Source: Lachnospiraceae bacterium
GTDB taxonomy: Bacteria > Bacillota_I > Bacilli_A > RFN20 > CAG-449
DNA: 64,000 bases
Direction: 5' to 3'
Assembly (NCBI GenBank): GCA_963648895.1
Contig: CAVJGK010000001.1
Coordinates: forward strand, 26,745-90,744
Under the pieces are notes generated by a model. That model did no database searches and was not told the DNA's origin. It saw only the letters and a list, made by a program, of their open reading frames with translations. The number at the start of each line of letters is the position of its first letter. The first letter of the stretch is position 1. The position numbers were made by a program, and so were the translations under genes. Below are positions 47,839-57,810 of this stretch, piece by piece.

Positions 47839-48036
47839 TTACTTTTTTAAATCATTACTAACATTTAGAATATCTTCTATAATGTCTTGTTCAAACTTTT
47901 CTCCTTTATCTGCATAAAGGTGTCTATCTGTTTCGCCATCAGTTATTATAATGTGTTCAGGCGAAAAATATTTCAAATACAGCATATTTAGTTTCTCCTT
48001 TATATTTATAATAGCGTAAAATAAAAGGAAAGTAAA

Positions 48037-49020
48037 CTACTTTCCTAAATAATATTTTGGTCCATAAATTAAACTATCAACACCTATTTCATACTCTTTA
48101 TTACATATTAATTTAATACTGTCAGGATTAAACATTGAATAAGTATCTTGAGCTAACTTTAGTGCTTCCTCTTCAGTTTTACCCTTTTTAATTGCCTTCT
48201 CATAAGTTTCATGAATCTTAGATTGGTTCTCATCTTCATACCAACCATCACATACAATATAAGGGTCGACTGACCATGGAGTAAAAGAACATTTTTCATT
48301 TGCTGCTTGTACCATTAATTCGCAAAGACGCTCTGCAACTCTTTCTTGATTCTGTAGAGGTGCTTCACAGAAAACTTCATCATGGATGGTAACCAGCAAT
48401 CTAGCACCTAACTGTTTTAATTCTTCGTCATTATTAATTAAAATCATTGCAGATTTTGTCATTGTAGCAGCAGAAGATTGAATTCTAGCATTTAATGTTT
48501 GTCTTAATGCTCTACTAATAAACGCACTATTATTACGTACTTTTAATCCATCTGTCTCTGCACGCTCCTGAACACTTTGCCTTGCTATTTTAGTTTTAGC
48601 TTTTTCGAGTTCTTTTGTATATTTTTTAATCTTTACTTCTAACTGCTTATCTTGATGCTCCCGTGCGCCAATAAAAGGATTAAAATAATCTTTCTTAACT
48701 TTTTCTTCTATTGTATATAGGGGTAATTGCGCATCAGGTAAATGTCTTCTTCTACCATAGATATTAGTGACGTATCCAAGTTTCTTTGCCATTTCCTGTG
48801 AATCTTTTGTAAATTTATCAACTGCTTTAAATCCATCATAATACGCATCAATAATAGAATTTGCTTCAGTTACAGGTAATTGCATTCTTTTTGCAAGTGT
48901 TGGTGCAGACATTCCATAGTTAACACCGAGGAATACCTGTTTCGCTTTTGATCTTCGCTCCTTACCTTCTTGTGATTGTATTACTGTAACATTTGAATGT
49001 CGTTTTACTTTTATTTGCAT
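48037..49020 (-). CDS. DNA polymerase I (family A), C-terminal segment (motifs B and C)
   Basis: RSKAKQVFLGVNYGMS (motif B, R..K...FG..YG) and LLVTIHDEVFCEAP (motif C). Confidence 0.7.
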   Translation of the reverse strand: MQIKVKRHSNVTVIQSQEGKERRSKAKQVFLGVNYGMSAPTLAKRMQLPVTEANSIIDAYYDGFKAVDKFTKDSQEMAKKLGYVTNIYGRRRHLPDAQLPLYTIEEKVKKDYFNPFIGAREHQDKQLEVKIKKYTKELEKAKTKIARQSVQERAETDGLKVRNNSAFISRALRQTLNARIQSSAATMTKSAMILINNDEELKQLGARLLVTIHDEVFCEAPLQNQERVAERLCELMVQAANEKCSFTPWSVDPYIVCDGWYEDENQSKIHETYEKAIKKGKTEEEALKLAQDTYSMFNPDSIKLICNKEYEIGVDSLIYGPKYYLGK

Positions 49021-49039
49021 ACATATCCTACTTTCTTCT

Positions 49040-50089
49040 TCATATACAATTATACACTGTTTTATCCGTATTTAACACATTAATTATCTTTTTGCCCACA
49101 TTTCTATAATGAATATTATCTAAACCTAAACTTAAGATATATTTAGCAGCTTGATTAACAGAAACAAATTCCATCTGGTCGTTATTTTCATCTATCATAA
49201 TAATATGATATCCATGAATGCCTGCTACAACGCTTTTAATTTTCTTCATACTATCTTCAGAATACTCTTTTGATTTCTTGGTACTTTCTTCAATCTGTCA
49301 AGTATATCCATTGAGTAGTAATTCGTTTTTAGATGCTCTCTTTAAAGTTTCAGGACTTGTTTTTATACACTGACACACGCTTTTAATTGAATTAAATTCT
49401 AGTACCTCTGTTTCGTTGTATGCTTTAACCTTAAGACTATTCTTTGATGCAATACTATTTTTAGTTTCTATTGAATGAGACTTACCATAAAATCCATTCT
49501 TTTTGCCTATTCTCTGCTTACTTATTTCAGACAGTTTAGCTCTAGTTTCTTTAGAAGGACAATAACCTTTTTTACCCTCACTAATATGTTGACACCAAGA
49601 CTTATAAGAATCTGATTCCTTATCAATATCCTTATAATAAGCTAATAATGACTGTTTTTGTTTATTTCTACATTCTTCTGTGGAAGTAACCTGCAATATC
49701 ATTTCTCTATATTCTAAATAATATTGTTCAATGTTATCTAATAAGCTAATAAATTCTTCATATTCAGGTAAGTTATTGAGCTGTTTATTTCTTAAAATGT
49801 ATTGAATACTAGCATAGTTCTTGCCTTTATATTGGTCGGTACTGCACCTACAAAGAAAATAATGAGCTAAAATATGGTCTTTAATGCTAAGATTTACTAA
49901 ATTATTAGCTGAATTATCGACTGCTAAGTTATTAAGTTTATAATAAAATCTAGGTACAATATGATGCTTTTGAGTTTTATTAACACAATGCTCTGTATAT
50001 CTATTATTTTCTATTAGATTTGCATATTTGTCGAGTCATTCATTATCTATTACTAAACCAATAGTGATTAATTTTTCTTTTGTCTGCAT
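49040..50089 (-). CDS. HNH homing endonuclease with NUMOD repeats and C-terminal HTH, containing two in-frame TGA codons
   Basis: MQTKEKLITIGLVIDNE[TGA]LDKYANLIENNRYTEHCVNKTQKHHIVPRFYY...NLVNLSIKDHILAH (HNH). NUMOD-like SKETRAKLSEISKQRIGKKNGFYGKSHSIETKNSIASKNS. The TGA at 49298-49300 links in frame to QIEESTKKSKEYSEDSMKKIKS...FVSVNQAAKYILSLG (IENR-type HTH). Confidence 0.55.
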
Positions 50090-50490
50090 TTCTCTATTTC
50101 AAATTCTACATTTGCTGCTTTGCCTGGATGCACCAATGCGATAAAATAAGGTTCATCCTCAACTAATATCTCATCATTTACTGATAAATCCTTTGCATAT
50201 TTCCAACCATTAGGAGTTTCTAATTCATCATCAAGATTTACTGTAAAAGCATGGTCTATGATATCAACAGCAGCATCACAAGGTTCTATCGACTCTTTAA
50301 CCGGTTTAAATTCTAGATTATCCTCATACTCATTGTGATAACATTTTGATGCAATCTTTGCGTACAAGTCTTGTTGTTGCTGATATGCTTCCTGCATATC
50401 TTTATCTTGCGCAAAAGCGCACAAAGAGCGGGGTTCCTGACCACTAAAATCCCCACCAATAATCGCATATCGTTTTCTTACTCTAATCAT
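50068..50490 (-). CDS. DNA polymerase I (family A), middle segment (motif A)
   Basis: IIGGDFSGQEPRSLCAFAQDKD matches the polA motif A DYSQIELR...HLS.D. The C-terminal 60 aa are Hint-like (see findings). Confidence 0.6.
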   Translation of the reverse strand: MIRVRKRYAIIGGDFSGQEPRSLCAFAQDKDMQEAYQQQQDLYAKIASKCYHNEYEDNLEFKPVKESIEPCDAAVDIIDHAFTVNLDDELETPNGWKYAKDLSVNDEILVEDEPYFIALVHPGKAANVEFEIEKCRQKKN

Positions 50491-51118
50491 CTACTTTCTC
50501 CCATTTAATATAATCTATTATAACATCTTTATATGTTGGTTGCGAACCCTTTAAAAATTGTTTTATCTTTCTTTGATACATTGCTTCATTGAATGGATAA
50601 CCTGGTTTTAATGGACGTGTATTATACCACCAAATAGCGCCTTCTCTGATAGAATCGAAATAATATTCTTTTCCTTCGTAATAGCATTTAACTTTTATAG
50701 ACCTTGTAGCATATTGTTGATTTTGACCGCATTCACCATTTTCTCTAATCTTGGTACCATAATAGTTTAATCCTTGAGCTTTATTATCTTCTAAACGTTT
50801 TTCTCTAGAATCTTTTATCTTTTGTTTATGCTCTTCGCTAAAACCATTTTCTTTTCTATAATCCGATAAACTTTGCGAAATTTTATCTCGTACCTCTTGC
50901 GAAGCAACTTTTGCATCATGTTTTGCTTTCCACACAGGGTCCCACATAGGATTAACTGGATTATCACTCAAATATCCATAAGCAACTTTGAGCTTAAAAT
51001 TATCTGGGTATTTTTCACAAAGTAATCTATGCGCTTCTACGTGTTCTTCATGAGTCAACCTAATAATATTTTTATCTTTTTGCCGAGATTTACCTTCACC
51101 ACCCATACATTTCGGCAC
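50483..51118 (-). CDS. HNH homing endonuclease within polA intervening sequence 1
   Basis: IIRLTHEEHVEAHRL (HNH) and a NUMOD-like SEEHKQKIKDSREKR. Confidence 0.5.
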   Translation of the reverse strand: MPKCMGGEGKSRQKDKNIIRLTHEEHVEAHRLLCEKYPDNFKLKVAYGYLSDNPVNPMWDPVWKAKHDAKVASQEVRDKISQSLSDYRKENGFSEEHKQKIKDSREKRLEDNKAQGLNYYGTKIRENGECGQNQQYATRSIKVKCYYEGKEYYFDSIREGAIWWYNTRPLKPGYPFNEAMYQRKIKQFLKGSQPTYKDVIIDYIKWEKVDD

Positions 51119-51209
51119 TATATGGTGTCCTTCCCAGTTACATTTTAAATTAGCTCATTGTCCCCGTTCTCTTTTAATACTATTTATGTATTCATCATAA
51201 TTCATTAAG

Positions 51210-52916
51210 TTAAACCTCCAACAAATAATAATTATCTTGCTTTATTATATTTTTAATAGTCTCAACATTATCTTCTGATTCCAGCTTATCACCAACTTTT
51301 AATTGATTTACAAATACCCAACCATTATCAGTTAGTACTTCTTCTGTATCCTCAATCTTATAAGTAGAATCTACGCTTTCTACTTGACGCTCATCTATAG
51401 TTGGTTCAAAAATCATTCTAACTGTTTTATCATGAGATGGAATATTTTGTAAGTTAGGATTTGATGACGCAAATCTTCCTGTAACAGTACCAATAGGGTC
51501 AAATCTACCATGTACTCTGTGATTTTTATCTACGCCCGCAGGAATAGCATCAATGAATGTAGTAATAAGAATGTCTACCGCTCTTTTTTCTTTAATTAAT
51601 TCACAAACTTTAATATGCTCTTCTTCAGCTAATTGGTCTAAGATTTCTTTACCTGTTCCGCGTGGTTTATCCTTATTAACACTTGGTGCTTTAAGAATGT
51701 CATATAAAAATATTGCTAATTGAGTATCTGAATTTAAATCAATAGGATCAGATAATTTTTCTGCGGGAGTTTTACTTGCCCACTTATACCTCTTCTTTAA
51801 TTTTTGGTCATAATAAGGGTATTGCTTTTCAATCTCTGCTTCTGATAATTTAGTCTTCTTTGGAGCATACACGGGTTGTCTAGTGTTTGCTTCAGGAGTT
51901 AACTTCCAATCATCAATTAATTTTTGATTTGCTTTTACTTCTTCATCAATCTCTCTTTGTTTCTCATCAGACTTTGCATGATAAATAGTAGACATCTTAT
52001 CTGCATACTCTGTGTTAACATAAACACCTGCTGTTTCCATATCGACTACAACATCTAAAATTGGGATTTCTACTTTATATAATAAATCTAATAGTTCTTT
52101 ATTTTCAGGTCTAGTTAAAATCTCAAATTGATATTCTTGTAATTTAAAAGTATCATAACTATCTGTAGCAGCATATAGTGCAAATAGTTCAGGGTCAAAC
52201 ATAGCATAAGGAAAACCTGCAAATAAATGCTCTATGTCGTATCTTTCTTGCGTTGGATCAATATGTAATCTGTATTGTGCTTTTAAACCTTTAAGCTCAT
52301 TTTCATTTATTAGATGTGCACCTACTTGAGTATCCCAATCAACATGTACTCTTGTTCCAGTTGTTTGCTGAAGAACTTCAATATCAAATATTGCGTTATG
52401 AAATATAGTATAAGTATTACCTAAACGTTTAAGTTGTTCTGCTATTTGTGATTCTGTAAGTTGTCCTTCTACTAAATCACCCATAATAACTTGCTCTTTA
52501 CCTTTTTCATCATATTCAACTGTAAATTTTCTATGATTAACAGGAACATATGCTGCTTTCATGCCTGGAGTATATAAACAAAGACCCATCAATTTACAAT
52601 CTTTAAAAACTTCTAATGTATTATTAGTTTCGGTATCTATTGCAATCTTTCCGTTTTCTAACGCTTTATCAATATACTTTTTATAATCTTCATAAGTTCT
52701 AATTACAATAGTATTTTCGGCATATCTTCCTAAAATCTGATACACTTGTTCCCTAATTAATTGCATCTTATCATAGATAGAAATATAAGAAGATTTTAGT
52801 TTTTGTTGAACTGTTAAATTTTCTAACTTTTTAGGTGCTCTCGCTTTTTTAAGAATAGACTGAGTATCTTCTTCTTTTAAAGTAAATTCTTCACCCCACA
52901 GAGATAATTGTTCCAT
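51210..52916 (-). CDS. DNA polymerase I (family A), N-terminal segment (3'-5' exonuclease plus N-terminal polymerase domain)
   Basis: 568 aa. Conserved SSNPNLQNIPSHDKTVRMIF block just before the expected position of motif A. Ends with a TAA. Confidence 0.7.
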   Translation of the reverse strand: MEQLSLWGEEFTLKEEDTQSILKKARAPKKLENLTVQQKLKSSYISIYDKMQLIREQVYQILGRYAENTIVIRTYEDYKKYIDKALENGKIAIDTETNNTLEVFKDCKLMGLCLYTPGMKAAYVPVNHRKFTVEYDEKGKEQVIMGDLVEGQLTESQIAEQLKRLGNTYTIFHNAIFDIEVLQQTTGTRVHVDWDTQVGAHLINENELKGLKAQYRLHIDPTQERYDIEHLFAGFPYAMFDPELFALYAATDSYDTFKLQEYQFEILTRPENKELLDLLYKVEIPILDVVVDMETAGVYVNTEYADKMSTIYHAKSDEKQREIDEEVKANQKLIDDWKLTPEANTRQPVYAPKKTKLSEAEIEKQYPYYDQKLKKRYKWASKTPAEKLSDPIDLNSDTQLAIFLYDILKAPSVNKDKPRGTGKEILDQLAEEEHIKVCELIKEKRAVDILITTFIDAIPAGVDKNHRVHGRFDPIGTVTGRFASSNPNLQNIPSHDKTVRMIFEPTIDERQVESVDSTYKIEDTEEVLTDNGWVFVNQLKVGDKLESEDNVETIKNIIKQDNYYLLEV

Positions 52917-52997
52917 AATTAAGCTCCTTTTCTTTACTTTACTATTGTAACATATAAAATAAAAAAAAGAAACTAAAAAAGAGACATTTAAGTCTCT

Positions 52998-53834
52998 TTA
53001 ATAAGTAACTCTTCTAACTGGATTTCCTGCGTTAGGAACCGCAGCTGAATAATTTTCAGCAGCGAATACTGGTGAAGTTTGCTCTTCATATGCAGGAATT
53101 GGTGTTCTAGGCACTTCTTGGTAAACTTCTCCATATTGATTTGCAGTTGCTGTAGAATTAACAGTACTCGTATTTGTAGTAGTATTTGCCAACGGTGCTT
53201 TACCATTAGCGATTAATAATTGATTTGCTAAGTCAGCAACTTCATTATAAGGTTTATCTAAAATAAATTTCATTGGATTGAAATTTTCAAATAGCTTAAA
53301 ATCAGCTGGATATGCTTGTTTATTAAAAATAGTAGCATTCTTTATTAGTAAATTATATCTAGTATCTTGTGTTGTTGAACCAATTCTTTCTAAAGTAAAC
53401 ACTTGGTCTGCTAGATTTCCGTACTCTGTGTAGCAACTTTTTAATGTGTTTAAGAATCCTGATGGTCTTTCAAATACTACTGAATGAGTTTCTTTTAATT
53501 GTCCATTTTCATCAACAACATATTTTAAAGCAGGAATAAATACTGTTTGCTTATATCGCTCGCCTGCTGCACACAATGGGCATGCCGCAATAGGATCATA
53601 AAAACCTCTTAAACAGTTAACTTTTCTAAATTTTCCACCAATATTAATTCCATGAACTGTATATCTAGGTAATTCATCTGGCGAATTAAAAGCAAATCTA
53701 ATTAATACTTTTTCCCCTGGATTTAATTTTAGAAATGAAACTGAATTTGTGTGATCATACTTAGTTACTGCACCAGTTGGTTGTGCTTGTCGTTCTGCTT
53801 GCATTTTTAAAAATTCTTCGTGTGTAAATTGCAT
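52998..53834 (-). CDS. single-stranded DNA-binding protein candidate (gp32-like zinc-containing)
   Basis: H...C..CPLC zinc-site-like spacing (HGIN...CLRGF...CPLCAAGE). Low-complexity T/N/S-rich tail and acidic C-terminus. Sits between the primase and the polymerase. Confidence 0.4.
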   Translation of the reverse strand: MQFTHEEFLKMQAERQAQPTGAVTKYDHTNSVSFLKLNPGEKVLIRFAFNSPDELPRYTVHGINIGGKFRKVNCLRGFYDPIAACPLCAAGERYKQTVFIPALKYVVDENGQLKETHSVVFERPSGFLNTLKSCYTEYGNLADQVFTLERIGSTTQDTRYNLLIKNATIFNKQAYPADFKLFENFNPMKFILDKPYNEVADLANQLLIANGKAPLANTTTNTSTVNSTATANQYGEVYQEVPRTPIPAYEEQTSPVFAAENYSAAVPNAGNPVRRVTY

Positions 53835-53902
53835 AAAATAAAATTTTCTCCTTAAATAACGTGCATACTACTTTTCGTGGGATGCTACCACTTTATATTT
53901 AC

Positions 53903-53931
53903 ATTATACTATACAACAATTCATTTGTAAA
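53903..53931 (-). promoter_or_regulatory. early promoter TAGTTTACA-N17-TATAAT
   Basis: -35 at 53931-53926, -10 at 53908-53903. Lies upstream of the SSB-like gene. Confidence 0.45.
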
Positions 53932-54872
53932 CTATCAAATTCCTCTTTTGTAAGGTCTGCCACATCTTTTCCGTTTGGCATAGTAATATCAGTTACAAAT
54001 TTAGAACTGCCTATATATTTTTTAAAACGTTCTGCGCCCGTTCTTCCCGCAGAATCACCATCATAACATAACTTAAAACTTATAATATTAGATTCTCTTA
54101 ATTCTTTTAATTGCCCGGGTGTAGTACCTGCGCCTAATAATGCAACTGCAGGATATCCCCAAGACCACAATACTAAACAATTTATTTGTGACTCAACCAC
54201 ATATACTTCAGAATAGTTTTGCGCTTTATCTAAAGCGTAAACAATATCTTTATTAGCACCCGCATCAATATAAAATTGTTTGCTATCAACAGATCTTCTT
54301 GTTAAAAATGATAGTTGATGCCTAGTATTATAAACAGGAAATACAATTGACCTCTTGTTTTGGTCATATTTTAAATTAAAATCCTTAATTACTTGGTCTG
54401 AAATCCCACGCTTTGTCATGTATGGGTGATAAGATTCAAATTTATCTAAGATAGATTCATCTAATATTTTAGGTTTTTCTACTATGTTTTCGCTTAAATC
54501 AATTGGTTTTAGGTTAAATTTGTTATCTATAATAACATCAGCATACTTTGATAACAACCAATGTTGCCCAAATGATTCATTTTTATTAAAACATGCACCT
54601 ACGAATTTACTAAATGACCCTTTAAAACCACATGTAAAACAGTGCGCTGTTCCATAAGAAATTTGTTTATTTGGATTTATACTTATAAAACATGAAGGAT
54701 GTGATTCTTGACCATGTGCATGTACAGGGCAGGTAACTTGAATATTGTCACCTGATTTGTGCATATCTTTTAATTTATCAGGATTCTGAGTCTTTACTTC
54801 CTCTAAAATCTGAAAAATATCTTTTTGAATTACTTGGTCATTAATAGTTATCATAAGGATTGCTTCCTTCAC
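53904..54872 (-). CDS. DNA primase (DnaG-like: zinc-binding plus Toprim)
   Basis: CPVHAHGQESHPSCF...CFTCGFKG zinc ribbon. Toprim-like ESQINCLVLWSWGYPAVALLGAG and DGDSAG. Confidence 0.65.
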   Translation of the reverse strand: MKEAILMITINDQVIQKDIFQILEEVKTQNPDKLKDMHKSGDNIQVTCPVHAHGQESHPSCFISINPNKQISYGTAHCFTCGFKGSFSKFVGACFNKNESFGQHWLLSKYADVIIDNKFNLKPIDLSENIVEKPKILDESILDKFESYHPYMTKRGISDQVIKDFNLKYDQNKRSIVFPVYNTRHQLSFLTRRSVDSKQFYIDAGANKDIVYALDKAQNYSEVYVVESQINCLVLWSWGYPAVALLGAGTTPGQLKELRESNIISFKLCYDGDSAGRTGAERFKKYIGSSKFVTDITMPNGKDVADLTKEEFDSLQMNCCIV

Positions 54873-56142
54873 TTACTTGTGGTGCATATTGGTATTCAGC
54901 GGGTTCTTCTGCTTGATATCCTGAATTCAAATCATCTTCATCAGGTATATAATTAAAAATACCTTTATCATAATCAACTTCATAAGAAAGCTCATATTTC
55001 TTTGCACCATCTCTTGCTTTTGCAATATTAAATGTCATAATATTATCTTTCTTACTTATAAATAAAACTTCTGTAGCGTCTTGACCAATTCTATCTGACA
55101 ATGATAAATTTTGAGTTCCTGCCATTCCACCTTCTTCTACTGCAGTTCTATTTTGTTGAGATGCAACAACAATAGGAATATGTTTTTGTACCTGTAAATT
55201 CTTTAACGCTTTACTTATTTCTGCTGCTTGCTCAAATGATTTTGAATAACTTTTAGTACTATCTAATAATGAAATTTGGTCAACAAATAGCATATCTAAC
55301 TCATATTTATCAACAAAAGTTCTTAATGTATCTACTGTTACTTTATCTTCTTTGATCATATCCCGAGTTAAAACAAATAGTTTACCTTTAGAATTTTTTA
55401 AGTTTTCTAAATACATTTTATATTGGTTAGCAATATTCATGCCACCCCGAGAAATGGCAGTGTTAGAAATATGACTAACTAAAGTATCGTAACGACCTGC
55501 AATCTTATTAGCAGTCATTTCACCTTCGTAAAAACCTACTCTTAATCCTTTTTGGACTGCTGCAGTAGCAAATTTAATCATTACTAATGTTTTGCCTATG
55601 CCTGCTCTAGCTGAAATTACAAAATAAGCATTATCCCTGTCAATTCCACCACCAAATGAATTATCTAGCTCTTTAAAACCAGTGCTTACAAAGTGATCTT
55701 CAAAGTTATTACATTTGTCAACATACTCATTATAACGTGAGATATCTTGAAATATATCAACTGCTTCTAAATTCTTTGAAACTGTAATATTAGCGGCAGA
55801 TTTATTTAAAACATTTATTGCTTCATCTGTTTTACCATTAATTAGTAACTCTCTAATTCTATTAAAGGATTTCGCTAACGCATTGGCATTAAATTCTTTA
55901 TAGAGTTCATTTAGCAAATAATCAATAGACTCATCTACTTCGATGACCTCAAATTCAGGAAATACTTTTAAAAATGTTGTTAAATCAGGTAATTGGTTAT
56001 AAGTATTATAATGATTAACTAAAAATTCAAATTCTGCTTTATATTTAGGAAAATAGGCACTTGTTAATCCTTTAGATAATAATGTATTAGTATCTTTTTT
56101 TGCAATGATTCTATTTATTATCTGTAATTGTATTAATGACAT
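54841..56142 (-). CDS. replicative DNA helicase (DnaB-like)
   Basis: Walker A SARAGIGKTLVM, Walker B LFVDQISLL. RecA-like core with an N-terminal DnaB-type domain. Confidence 0.7.
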   Translation of the reverse strand: MSLIQLQIINRIIAKKDTNTLLSKGLTSAYFPKYKAEFEFLVNHYNTYNQLPDLTTFLKVFPEFEVIEVDESIDYLLNELYKEFNANALAKSFNRIRELLINGKTDEAINVLNKSAANITVSKNLEAVDIFQDISRYNEYVDKCNNFEDHFVSTGFKELDNSFGGGIDRDNAYFVISARAGIGKTLVMIKFATAAVQKGLRVGFYEGEMTANKIAGRYDTLVSHISNTAISRGGMNIANQYKMYLENLKNSKGKLFVLTRDMIKEDKVTVDTLRTFVDKYELDMLFVDQISLLDSTKSYSKSFEQAAEISKALKNLQVQKHIPIVVASQQNRTAVEEGGMAGTQNLSLSDRIGQDATEVLFISKKDNIMTFNIAKARDGAKKYELSYEVDYDKGIFNYIPDEDDLNSGYQAEEPAEYQYAPQVSEGSNPYDNY

Positions 56143-56732
56143 CTAGCGTCTCCTCCTTTGATTTCTTTAGAAATAGAATAGTTAATTACTCTAGAAAAAA
56201 CTCTAGGGTCTAGAATAGATTGTAATTGTTTTGGAGCAAGATTTGAAGTATAAATACTGCTCTTCACATTACTTGTTCTTTCATCAATCCAATAGTATAA
56301 GCTATTCATTTCATAGGGAGATATATCCTTAACACCTAAGTCATCAAAAACTACTAAGTTTGCATGTAAAATTTTCTGCTCAGTATCATGCACTTCATCT
56401 AATAAAGAAGGATTAGAAATAGCTAATTTTTTCTTATTTAAAAAATTACTAACATTAATAAATAATCCTGGACATGCGTTAGCAAACATTACTTTACTAT
56501 TTAAATTAATATATTCTAGTAGAATTTTAGTTGCCCAACTAGTTTTACCATTGCCTGTATGTGCTGAATAAATCAACAAGTTATCTCCATTTGTTACAAA
56601 TTGATTTACGTTTAATTTTATTTGATTTAGTTCTGCAAAAGTTTGTTCATCTTCTGAAGAAGGACTTAATCTATTTTCACTTTGATACCTTTTAGGAATA
56701 TTTGAATTACGTAAATATGTGTCAATTAGCAT
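56133..56732 (-). CDS. DnaC/IstB-like helicase-loader ATPase
   Basis: Walker A HTGNGKTSWA, Walker B LVVFDDLG. Confidence 0.5.
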   Translation of the reverse strand: MLIDTYLRNSNIPKRYQSENRLSPSSEDEQTFAELNQIKLNVNQFVTNGDNLLIYSAHTGNGKTSWATKILLEYINLNSKVMFANACPGLFINVSNFLNKKKLAISNPSLLDEVHDTEQKILHANLVVFDDLGVKDISPYEMNSLYYWIDERTSNVKSSIYTSNLAPKQLQSILDPRVFSRVINYSISKEIKGGDARCH

Positions 56733-56934
56733 AATAACCCTCTTTCTTTCACACTAATATATTAGCTTATTTATGTCAGAAAGTAAACTATCTTTTTAAA
56801 TTTTACCTAAGAAACTATCATAAAACTCCATCATAAGTAAATAAAGGTACCAAATTTGAACGTTTACACTTTTTAAGTATATTTATACTCTTTTTACAAA
56901 TTCTCGAATACGGTACCTTAAAACACTTCTGGGA

Positions 56935-57810
56935 CTAATACACTATATCTAATACCTTTGAAGGGTCTCGTTTTTCTGAAACAATACCAAATTCATTACT
57001 ACATCTAGTAACTGTAGTTGTTTTATTTGCTTGTTGTAAATACTCGTCCATCTTATCTCCAAATAAAATAGAGGGTCTTAATAAGCTTACTGTAGTATCT
57101 CCACTTGATAAACGTCTAGGATTAATTCCCCATTCATTATATTTATAATCTATTATCTTAATAAAGTCATTTTCAGTGAATCCTTCTTTTAGTTTAGAAT
57201 AAATCACCTTCTGCAACCCTTTGGAATTTCGGTAGGCAGTTCCGCACACCTCATTGAAGTGCCCTACTACGCGCCCCAGAATTTCCGCATTATTTTTATT
57301 TTGTGCATATCTATTGATATGCACTTTATTATCTAAAGTATCTATTACCTTAGATGTATCAAGCGCATGCGCTTCTATATTATCTTCTTTAGTATTATTA
57401 GATATATATTCTATATTATTGTGTAAACTATCTTTACATGCATGTAAACTTTCTTTACATTGATGTAAAGTATCTTTACGCTCTTGTAAACTTTCTTTAC
57501 ACTCTTCTGTATCATCTTTTTTAGTATTTTTAGTAGGATCATCTGCAAAAACAATATAATATTTGTTATTAGGATATCCTTTTTCTTTTCTAATTAGTCC
57601 CATTTCACAAAGTTGTGCTAAGCAACCACTGACAGATTGTCTAGTACTTTGTGTCCATTCTGCTAAATAAGCGATACTTCCATGATAATTACTTTCTCTA
57701 TCTTGACAAAAACCATAAATAATAGAGTAAATTAAAAGCATATTACCTTTTAGTTGTAATTTGTTTAATACCCAACCAGGTATTACCACATAAGAATCAT
57801 CTCTAATCAT
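56935..57810 (-). CDS. phage replisome organizer / replication initiator with internal iterons
   Basis: N-terminal winged-helix-like LAEWTQSTRQSVSGCLAQLCEMGLIRKE. The central protein repeats KESLH/KDSLH correspond to a DNA iteron array. Confidence 0.5.
   Translation of the reverse strand: MIRDDSYVVIPGWVLNKLQLKGNMLLIYSIIYGFCQDRESNYHGSIAYLAEWTQSTRQSVSGCLAQLCEMGLIRKEKGYPNNKYYIVFADDPTKNTKKDDTEECKESLQERKDTLHQCKESLHACKDSLHNNIEYISNNTKEDNIEAHALDTSKVIDTLDNKVHINRYAQNKNNAEILGRVVGHFNEVCGTAYRNSKGLQKVIYSKLKEGFTENDFIKIIDYKYNEWGINPRRLSSGDTTVSLLRPSILFGDKMDEYLQQANKTTTVTRCSNEFGIVSEKRDPSKVLDIVY
57423..57501. repeat. four 17-bp inverted-repeat iterons TGTAAAnnnnnTTTACA at about 21-bp spacing (candidate origin of replication)
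   Basis: Copies at 57423-57439, 57443-57459, 57464-57480 and 57485-57501, all inside the replisome-organizer gene. Confidence 0.6.

Noticed and set aside
50068-51370. Bona fide inteins in polA
   Set aside because: The Hint-like stretches lack an N-terminal Cys/Ser and the C-terminal HN/extein junction. The frames are broken by TAA/TAG stops. I keep this only as an intein-remnant or intron-ORF hypothesis.
52988-53206. 72-aa ORF overlapping the 3' end of the SSB-like gene in another frame
   Set aside because: It is wholly contained within the longer 52998-53834 ORF on the same strand and has low-complexity Q/L-rich content. It is probably an overlapping-frame artefact.
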